The translations under genes and the position numbers were made by a program. Below, in pieces: positions 40,928 to 49,593 of a stretch of 64,000 nucleotides of DNA. A model generated the notes under the pieces. The model was given only the letters and a program-made list of their open reading frames with translations, was not told the origin of the DNA and made no database searches. The first letter of the stretch is position 1. Each line of letters opens with the position of its first letter. The stretch lies in assembly GCF_009834535.1 (NCBI RefSeq), contig NC_045696.1, positions 87,980,001 through 88,044,000 of the forward strand. Reading direction: 5' to 3'. The DNA is from Camelus ferus. Its lineage: Eukaryota.

Positions 40928-41320
40928 TGACAGCCTAGCTCAGGCTGCTATAAGAAAACACCATAGACTAGGTGGCTTAAACAACAGAAATTTATTTTCT
41001 CACAGTTCTAAAGACTGGAAGTCTGTTATCAGGGTACCAGCCTGAGTGGGTTCTAATGAGAGCTCTCTTCCTGGCCTTCAGATGGCTGGATGATTGTTAT
41101 GTCCTCATATGGCAGGGAGTGAGTGAACGTGAGAGAGAGTGAAAGAGAGAATACTCTTGTGTCTCTTCTTATCAGGGCACTAATTCCACCATGAGGGCCC
41201 TACCCTCATGACTTCATCTGAACCTAATTATCTCCCAAAGACCACCATAGCCAAGTACCATTACATTGGGAGTTAGGACTTCAACATATGAATTTGGGTG
41301 GGAAATAATTCAGTCCATAC
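40928..41320 (-). mobile_element. MaLR LTR (MLT1A-like) nested in the ERV remnant
   Basis: ctcaggctgctataagaaaacaccatagactaggtggcttaaacaacagaaatttattttctcacagttct...cttcaacatatgaatttggg. Confidence 0.85.
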
Positions 41321-41354
41321 TAGATGGCTTTCACTTGTATACTGTACTTTTCTT

Positions 41355-41431
41355 AGTCATATTCCAAGCTCTATTTCTGTGAAAGTTTTGTTACAAAGTC
41401 ATATTCTAAGCTCATTTCTGTGAAAGTTTTG
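41355..41431. repeat. Short tandem duplication, ~42-bp period
   Basis: agtcatattc.aagctc(t)atttctgtgaaagttttg at 41355 and 41397. Confidence 0.85.
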
Positions 41432-42345
41432 AACTATGAGAAGCTCTTCGATATTGTTTTAACAAAGATAGAACCCTCCTATCCTAGATGTGGTACCTAA
41501 GAGCTTTAGACTTCTGACTATCCAGACTGGTGTTGTTTACACTCTAAGAAGTTGCTTAGTAGTTGAGTCCAATCAACCAATATCCTGGCTAATTTATTAG
41601 AAAGAACTGGTAGTAATGGGACTAAGTAGGTCTGATTTATCTTTCAGCCAAATCACAAGAAAGTTATAGCCAGGCACTGAACACATACGAAGGAGCTGCT
41701 AGTAATATGAAGAGCAGTATTTATAATGTGGATTTTGTATCATAAAGTGAAAGGAGAACAAGTAGATGTCAGTAGATTCAGAAATTTAAAGCAGCACAGA
41801 ACATATAAAACAGTTGGAGAAGATAAAGAACAAGAGCATGTAGATTAAAGCATGATACTCTGTGGCTCTAGTCAGCTGGATTTTATTCTGTGGATCTTGG
41901 GTAGAAGCTATCTACTTCATGCAGGTGTCAAATATCAAGCTCTCTTTTCTCAAAAATTATCTGATTCTGTCACTATTTACAATAGCCAAGACATGGAAAC
42001 AACCTAAATGTCCATCAACAGATGACTAGATAAACAAGTTGTGGTATATTTATACAATGGAATACTTACTACTCAGCCATAGAAAGAAGAATAAAATAAT
42101 GCCCTTTTCAGCAACATGGATGGACCTGGAGATAATCATTCTAAGTGAAGCAACCCATAAAGAGAAAGAAAATCTACCATATGATATCACTTATATGTGG
42201 AATCAAAAAAAAAAAAAAAAAAAAAAGACAAATGAACTTATTTATAAAACAGAAACAGACTTACAGATATAGAAAACAAACCTGTGGTTACCAGAGGTGA
42301 AGAGGGTGGGAAAGGATAAATTGGGAGTTCATGATTTGCAGACCT

Positions 42346-42670
42346 CCGGAAGCTCCCGGTCCTGAGGCCCCAATGTGATTGGTCGTTGTTCCTGCGCAGC
42401 GTTGTTTCCACGCCGTCCGCATGGCTCCCCGGGGCAGTGAGTCCGGGCGCGACACAAAAAATGCGTCGGAAACGCCGAGGGTAGGGTGTGCAGCTGCCCA
42501 CAGGCCAGCAGGAGAGGTGGGGTGAATGAGCACCACCCGACTTACAGGGAGCCTCGGCGAGTCTGAGGGGAAAAGAGGCGCGGGGGTTGATGGGACGTGG
42601 AGTCCGGCGGGACAGGTCCTGACCCGGAAGTGGTTCCGGGTTGGGCTGGGCTCTCGCCAAGCCTCCGGGT
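42346..42670 (+). promoter_or_regulatory. CpG-rich promoter-like 5' end of the retrocopy
   Basis: About 28 CpG in 325 bp (hand count); CCGGAAG at 42346, CCAAT at 42370, ATTGG at 42378, TGCGCA at 42393, inverted ETS pair ACCCGGAAgtggTTCCGGGT at 42622-42641. Confidence 0.7.
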
Positions 42671-43397
42671 CTGTGCCCAGTGACTGGGGCTGATCCCTTC
42701 CAGGAAAGAAGTCCTGGGCCTCCGTCCGCCTGCCTTTCCACCCAGCTCCCCCTAAACCTGCTCACCTCCCCCTGGGAAGTCTTTCTGGATTTCCACAGCT
42801 CAGGCCCCCCTCTTTACTCAGGCTGCACCGGCGCTCGTCCTTCCCTAGAGTAAAACTGCATGTGGGGACGCTCCCGCACTCAGAGATTAAAATTAAAATG
42901 CAGATCCTTCCCCGGCTGAAGGCTCTGCAAGATCGCCCTGGCCTTTGCATTTGCTGATTCCACTGCCCAGTCTGTCCTGCGCTCTAGCTGTCATCTCAGG
43001 CACCTGAGGGTGAGGGGCCCCCAGGTTGGGTGCTTCGGATGGGGAGGCCTGGTTCTGCGGAGTCCTGACCACTCTTTAAACACATGCACTGGCATTGAAA
43101 AATATTTGTATTATTTTTTGAAGTTAACAATTGTAATAAATGGCCATTGCAAAAAGAAAAGAAAGAAAATTTCAGATCGTATGCAGACGTTACAAAGGGA
43201 AAAAAAGACGTCCTACAATTCCTTTCCTCAGAATTGCCAGCTGAAGATTTGGTGGTTTTCAGGATTCTTTTCTGAACATTTGTAGCAGTAGCTCCTGTTT
43301 GTTGGTTTAAAATGTTAAAATCAGTGGGATCATGTCGAGGAGGGGGACAGTTCACTTTCCTGTTTAGCATTGTAGAGTGAACGTTTCTCCATGTCCA

Positions 43398-43525
43398 GTT
43401 TTTGGTGGGGGTAGGGTGGTAATTACGTTTATTTATTCTTTCTTAAAGGAGGTATTGGAGATTGAATCCAGGACCTCATTCATGCTTAGCATGCACTCTA
43501 CCACTTGAGCTGTACCCTCCCCCCC
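43398..43525 (-). mobile_element. tRNA-derived SINE (camelid Vic-1-like) inside the retrocopy
   Basis: Reverse complement reads ggggagggtacagctcaagtggtagagtgcatgctaagcatgaatgaggtcctggattcaatctcc (A and B boxes); flanks CTCCATGTCCA / CTCAATGTCCA. Confidence 0.85.
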
Positions 43526-44126
43526 CTCAATGTCCATTGTTGACCTTTACTAGTTGAGTTGAGCCAGGCTTCTCAGGCTCCACAGGAGTCTGCCATGAGG
43601 GAAAGAAGGCCTTCCAGTGAAGGGGCGATTCTTGCTGTACCTGTGCGGCTGCACTGCGTTGGTCTGTCATTGCATCTGTCCCTCTCATCACTCTTTCTAG
43701 AGCCCCACAGACAGCATCCTTTACTTGTGCAGAGCCACCTTGGGCTCGGACCCTCTACTAGTTCCCGCCAGCACCTCTGCTTGGCTACTGGCAGGGTTCT
43801 CTCTGTCACATGTCCACACCTTGTCCCCTAGAGCAGCCCTCCTGCCTTGGCCCAGTCTGGCCTGAGCTCCTGAAAGCTTCCCTGTCCTCCCATCCAGATT
43901 CCCAGTGTGAGGCGTCCTCTTGAGGGCACAGGTAGGGAGGTCAAGGTTGAAGGTGTCCCTGGCCAGGTTTGGGGACAGTTTCCCTCACAGCAAGTGGCCT
44001 TGCAGGGTATGTGTGGGTGGAGGGGTGTGGGTGGTAATGGCCCTGATTGGGTGGGTGTGTGTCCCAGGAAGACAGTGTGTGTGGCCTGTGTGAGGGCAGG
44101 GGAGGCCAGCTTCCCCAGGGCTTGCC

Positions 44127-44666
44127 ATGGCAGCCGACCCAGCTTCCATCAATCAGGAAGAACTCATGGTCATCAAGATGGAGGAGGACGAGGCCACCCT
44201 GTGGGACCCTATACCATCCTCCACACCTCAGCCCCAATACCTGTTGCCTGGGCTTGGCAGGGATCCCCGGCAGCGATTCCGCAGCTTCCGCTACCAGGAG
44301 GTAGCAGGACCCCTCGAGGGCCTAGCCCTGCCACAGGAGCTGTGCCACCAGTGGCTGTGGCCCGAGATGCACTTCAAGGAGCAGATGCTGGAGCTGCTGG
44401 TGCTGGAGCAGTTCCTGGGCGCGCTGCCACGCGACACCCAGGTCTGGGTGGAATCCCAGTGCCCTGAGAGTGAGGAAGAGGCTGTGGCGCTGGTGGAGGA
44501 CCTCGATCAGATGCAGGAGACCGCTGAGCCCCAAGGGGTTGGGGCTGGTGAGGAGGCCTGGGGGCAGGGGACGTGCAAGGGGCCACAACCCCAGGCCCTG
44601 AGTGCCTGCCCGTTCTGCCCAGGCCACCGTGTCCTCATAGGCGGGAAGAGGATTCAGAAGCTATGA
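44127..44666 (+). CDS. Open 179-aa ORF with a SCAN (leucine-rich) domain at aa ~48-126; C-terminal tail probably read-through into a retained intron; coding status unproven
   Basis: [15 protein letters not shown]...[27 protein letters not shown]...[19 protein letters not shown] matches the SCAN signature; Kozak gccATGG; acceptor ttccccAG at 44117-44118; donor CTG|GTGAGG at 44548. Confidence 0.7.
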   Translation: MAADPASINQEELMVIKMEEDEATLWDPIPSSTPQPQYLLPGLGRDPRQRFRSFRYQEVAGPLEGLALPQELCHQWLWPEMHFKEQMLELLVLEQFLGALPRDTQVWVESQCPESEEEAVALVEDLDQMQETAEPQGVGAGEEAWGQGTCKGPQPQALSACPFCPGHRVLIGGKRIQKL

Positions 44667-45208
44667 TGTGTTTGTAGACTTTTCTAACCTCTGAGCCTCC
44701 CAGAGGTGTGAGCCTGAGGTTGGCGTTGCATCTCTCGGGCTTAGGGTCACTGGGCCTTTGTTCTCTTCTGTTTCTCCTTCCTCGCAAATTCACCGAGTGC
44801 ACCCAGGCCCTGTGGATCCAGCACGGAAGGGAAATAGGCAAGGTCCTTGGCCTGTTGGAGCCCAGTCTGGGTTGAGAGCTCGACAGTGAGACCACCAGTC
44901 ACAGGTAGGGTGTCCGTCTTTCTCCAGAAGTGGGTGGAGGCAGCAGTTGGTGACCAGGGAGGTCAGCCTGGCTGGCGTGGCTTTGCAGCTCCTGATGTGT
45001 GGCCCCTGCACCTTGGGCTGCGCGTGTGCTCATGCGCTGCGAGGAGGTGGCAGCAGTGCAGCCTGCAGGAGGGACGGTCGGCTACAGCTGTTGGTCCTCC
45101 CTGGCATTGTTTACTCGTTCACTCACATGCGTCTCTGCAGTTCCTTTTGTCTGCTTGGCCTCTTATATCAAAGGGTAGAAACCATAGTACTTAAACAAAA
45201 GCAGCTTT

Positions 45209-45607
45209 CTTAAGCTATAACCCACCTATCCAAAAATTGCACAATTCGTGGGTTTTATTCATGAGTATATTCAGAAGGTTGTACAACCATCACCCCATAT
45301 CTGATACCATAATTTAGTCTGCTTCAGAGAGACTCCATGCCCCTTAGCAATCTCTCCCCATTCTCCTCTCTCCTGGTACCTTGGTAGTTTTGTGTCTCTG
45401 TGTATTTTCTTACTGTGGATATGCTATCAAATGGCATCAGACAGTATGTGGCTTTTTATGGCTGGCTCCTTTCATTGAGTGTAATGTTTTCAGTGCTCAT
45501 CCAGGCTGCATCGTGTCAGTAACTCACTTATTTTTGTGGCTAAAGAACATGGGCATACCACATTCTGTGTATCTGCTTATCAATAAATGGACATTTGGGT
45601 TGTTTGT
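45209..45607 (-). mobile_element. Old L1M fragment, antisense, forming the 3' end of the retrocopy
   Basis: gttgtacaaccatcacc...gtatgtggctttttatggctggctcctttcattgag...ggacatttgggttgttt. Confidence 0.8.
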
Positions 45608-47854
45608 AAAAAAACAGATTTGCAGACCTAACTAATATACATAAAACAGATAAACAAGTTCATACTGTATAGCACAGGGAAGTATATTCAATATCTTATA
45701 GTAACTAATGATGAAAGAGAATATGAAAACGTATATATATATGTTCATGTATGACTGAAGCATTGTGCTGTACACCAGAAATTGACACAGTTTGTAAACT
45801 GACTATACGTCAATAAATATACATAGAAAAAAAAATTATCTGCTTCTGGATGATACCTAAGAATAATCATCCTGAAGCCTTTGGCTAGGAGTCTTCCAAT
45901 GAGCTGCAGATGTTTATATCTCTTAAACTGGTAGATATATGTTAAGGATCAACCCCTCAAAGCTTTACTATGGTGCTAATGGTTTACAGGTGGCTGATAA
46001 CGTCTATTCCATAGGAATTCAAGGACTGTCTATCTTTGACATCTCTTTCAGAAAACCAAATCTCCACATTTTAAGTTATGCAAAGTTGCTTGGGAGGGTA
46101 TGGAGGGAAAGGCTGCCTGTAGCTGGTGATGATATGACTGTACTGTATAAATCCCTTGTGGCATTTGGTTATGTCTGCTTACAACAGAACAAAGTCTAGG
46201 ACTGAAGGTAATATTTCTAAATTCATGAATCAGCTTGTTTCTAACCTTTAACAAAAAAAAGTTAATGAATGTGAAAAGGAGTCCATTTCATTATCACTAA
46301 GGTCAGTGGAAATACTTTTGACCATGGAAGTTCAAAGGACTCTGAGAGCTTTGAAAATTTTCATTTTAGAATTCTATTCGTGCTTTCCTTCTTTCTCAAA
46401 GATTGAGGGTTTTGCTTTAAAGACCATGAAGTTTCTCAAGTAACAAGGCCTTGAAAATCTCTTAAATGAGAGCTCTAGCAAAATGTGCACTTCATCACTG
46501 GAGAGAGAACGAATGGAAATCAAGCAATTATTTCACCACCATCACAGCTTAGCTCTCTGTCTGGAAAACCTCCAATCAATCCTGAGAATTAACAATGACC
46601 AAGACCTATTTAAAATTCATTCTAGGTATTTGCTAAACAAAGTGCACTTTGAGATTTTCATAGCTTTGGATTGCTGGGCACAGCAAGGTTAGGGCCTTGA
46701 TGAGTAAGCTATGAAATGTGGCTGATTTACTTGTTTTACAGTGTATCTCTCAGGAGCAATTGTATCCTGGAGCAATCATTTACTTATTTTTGCTTAGTCT
46801 CAATATTGTTTAACATAGGAATAGGGAATTAGGCCTGGTCTCAGTAATATATACTATAGAAACAAGAAATTATGTTGGTTTCCATTTTTAAGAGCAAAGA
46901 AGTAAAAGAAACAAAACAAATCAGAGAACTGTGTCTAGAGAAGAACTTTGGGAATGGTTCCTAGCATTAAAACCTACTAGAAACAAATAGATCAGACGCC
47001 TACTATATCTCTAAGATAAATACATTGCCAAAGAAACTCTGGGCTGTGTTTCAAAGTCCTTTGATTTCTTCAAGTCTTAACACACCCCTTGGGCACAATA
47101 AAATTGCACCAGCAAATGATGACTGTGAATGTTGTACAGCTCCCAAGGACTGCATACCCCCCAATTCCTCCTTTGTTGTAGCCATGCAAGATAACAGACA
47201 AAGAGGAATCTTTCATCCAATGGAACCAGGAGCTATACATAATGCCAGACAAGGGAATTGCTTCCAGAGAAAAGAGTCAAAATATAACATCCTCTAGAGG
47301 CCATAGAGGGTCTTCACTATTTTAGCCACTAGACGATGTTAATGTTGTGGACCAGAGACAACTGTGTCTTTTGCAATGTTCTACTTGGGTAAAAGGAAGT
47401 TTTTAGTATGTTATTTTGTCTCTGCTTTGGCATTGTATGTGGGACATATGTGGAACTTATGGGAGGGTAGATAGTTTGTTTTATTTTCTTCTTAGTTCAC
47501 AGATCACCAGAAAACATGGACCCACCTCTAGATTTGAAAAAGAGGATGCTGCATAACAAGAGATCCTAAAGTTGGAGCTAGATGCTCCCTTAGGTTGCCT
47601 CCTTTGGGAGGTGTTTGGGCATGATTTCTTGTCCCTGTGTTATACAATGCTGAGCCCAAGCACATTTTCCTATCCCCATGTTAAAACAATATTGAGACTA
47701 AAGCAAAATTAACTTAGCTACCTCTCTGGGACATAGTTGCTCCTGAAAGGTAAGAATGTGAAAGAGCTCTAAATAGATACAGATATATAGACATACATGT
47801 AGATATAGATGTAGAGTTATAGACATATAGATAATAAATAACCAAAAAGTAGAA

Positions 47855-48281
47855 TATGGCAGAGCCTAGCCAGCTGTTCACCAGGCCCATATCCTCTTCT
47901 TCCTGAGCTGACAGCTAGGTTACCTTTCCCATCCTCACCTGAGGTTGGGGTGGCATCTCACTGAGCATTAGCCAATAGAACACAAGAAGAACTGATGTGT
48001 GCCTGCACCTTTACTTCCTACAAACGATCCTCCATGCTCTCGTCCCCTGTGTGACTCAAAGTGGACAACCACAGTGATCTTGAGAACATTTCATGAAAAT
48101 AAGAGAATCACAAGATGCAAAGAGACTCAGTCCCAGAATCACCACATGAAAGAAAGTCACCTGCAGACCAGAAATAGCAATTCGATGGTCTAGTAAACCA
48201 GAAATAAACATTTATTCTGTTAAGCCATTGACACTGTGGAAAATACTTGTTACAACCATTGACACCACCCTAATTAATAGA
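47855..48281 (+). mobile_element. Old MLT1 (I/J-like) LTR, probable 3' LTR partner of 37863-38401
   Basis: tatggcagagcctagccagctg...tagccaatagaa...tgatgtgtgcc...gttaagccattgac...ccctaattaata. Confidence 0.65.
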
Positions 48282-49123
48282 ATAGTCAACTGCCCTTTGG
48301 AGCATATTTAGACTCAAATGTACACTTGGCTTGGTAAACAGAACAAAAGCAGGGTTTCCTCCCTAAACTCCGCTCCACCACACCCCCTGTGCTGGGTGCT
48401 CTGAACAACCATACAGAGAGGCCCTCTACTGTCTTCATTCATCATCCCTTTTCACAAAGACTGTTGGAGCCTACAGGGCAGGAAATGTGCGTTAGATTTC
48501 TTTTTGTGTCTGCCCGGTAAAGCACAAGATACACACTCAACAATATACACTGACTTCAGTTTAAGTTCTCAGTGCTTACATTCCAACACAAACTGTTTCT
48601 CCTTGGTAGCTTGAGGCTTCTCAAACTTCTTTCCAGCAAAGACTATGCCTTACTAAAGTTCTTCGACTTTGGGGGAAACCATGAATTCAAATACGTTTCT
48701 AGTGGAGAAGAAAGAAAACCCTACCAAGAAAACAAGGTTTTCAAGTGACAGGTCAGTACTAAGCTGTCAAAATCTTCCAAGCAGTTAAAAATCCTTAACT
48801 ATCATAAGTCCTGTAAATAGGTGTCAGTCTCAGGTCAGGATGCTCTGTTCACGCTGCCCTGAAAGTGAATGTGCAAGAGGAATTTCTGTGTTGTGACCAC
48901 AGGAAATTCTATATACAAGATGAATCAAAAATCAATAGCTAAAATCACCTAAATGTAATTCAAAAAGCCTGAATCGTTTCTTTTTTAACATAGCATTTGC
49001 CATTATCTGATAAGTAGACACTTTATGAAAAACTGACATGTTCAGAGGTACCAAGCAGAATCCAAAATCTATACCAGGTTCTGAATTAGTCCCAATAGCA
49101 GGAAAGCCCAACAAAAACACATC

Positions 49124-49593
49124 TGTAATTAGCTAGTGCCAGTGAAAGAGTGTTGCTCACCGTCTGGTTCTACAAGAATGAAGTCACGAGCTGCTGCAGT
49201 CGCTGACCTTCAACACCCCTTGAAAGGAGTCAGGATGGAGTGAGGCACCCTGTGTTCTGGGAAAAACTATTAAAACAGGCCTTCAGAGAGTTAGATATTG
49301 TCAGGAGAAGATTTTATGAACCCAATTTCTTGCATCTTCTCATACTCTGAAGTCATTCATGGAGGCATCTGCTCCTCGTAACTAACAGCAACCTTCTATT
49401 GAGGTGTCTGCTTGATTGCATGTGCCCCCTTCACCAAAATCATGTGTATACTGACCTCCCTCGCTACCTCTTCAGAGCAGTTGCTCAGAGCTATCTGAGA
49501 GGCTGTCTCCCAGGCTGTCGTTCTCAATAAGCCCCAAGTAAAACTAAATGCACAGCTCCTGTTGTTTTGTTTAGTTTTGTTTTCAAATCGACA
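49124..49593 (+). mobile_element. Solo ERV1 LTR, MER41-like
   Basis: tg...tcgaca termini; ctacctcttcagagcagttgctcagagctatctgagaggctgtctcccaggct core shared with 55177-55656; flanks CATC/CTTC; 5' boundary tentative. Confidence 0.7.

Larger units (their letters stand above)
42346..45616 (+). pseudogene. Retrocopy of an apparently unspliced, intronically polyadenylated transcript of a SCAN-domain zinc-finger-family gene
   Basis: TSD GATTTGCAGACCT at 42333-42345 and 45617-45629; AATAAA at 45582-45587 and A7 at 45608-45614; abrupt rise in GC; internal splice sites and SCAN exon. Confidence 0.85.
41970..45830 (+). mobile_element. Young 5'-truncated L1 (~0.58 kb: 41970-42345 plus 45630-45830) split by the retrocopy
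   Basis: ORF2 end atttacaatagccaagacatggaaacaacctaaatg and 3' UTR; 18-bp TSD AAAAATTATCTG(A/C)TTCTG at 41952-41969 and 45831-45848; the halves join colinearly, as in the related copy at 29672-30014. Confidence 0.9.
39340..47330 (-). mobile_element. Heavily decayed class-I (gamma-like) ERV remnant: integrase, env and 3' LTR; interrupted by MLT1A-like, L1 and retrocopy inserts
   Basis: Minus-strand translations: IN core SSD..AHF-like and SG.I..FP (~46480-46600); IN C-terminal HNLKCGDLVF*K...LEFLWNRRYQ...GVDP (~45940-46085); env CWICA*KVYCLLPA (~40670-40720); ISD-like IRLVVILNTATLDFIL (~40270-40320); LTR-like end with AATAAA at ~39390. Confidence 0.65.

Noticed and set aside
42039..42272. ORF MWYIYTMEY... 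(similarly 25946-26143)
   Set aside because: Frameshifted L1 ORF2 C-terminal remnants
43440..43525. tRNA-Ala-like sequence (also at ~60160-60228)
   Set aside because: Head of a SINE with a non-tRNA body, tail and TSD-like flanks; not a tRNA gene
44127..44666. Assigning a gene symbol such as MZF1, ZNF446 or SCAND1
   Set aside because: Only partial motif similarity; the N-terminus matches none of the proteins I can recall exactly
42238..45213. Many overlapping 60-186 aa ORFs, e.g. 42238-42765 (-), 43907-44467 (+) and 44322-44627 (-)
   Set aside because: Expected from high GC content or shadow frames of the SCAN exon; no recognisable domains
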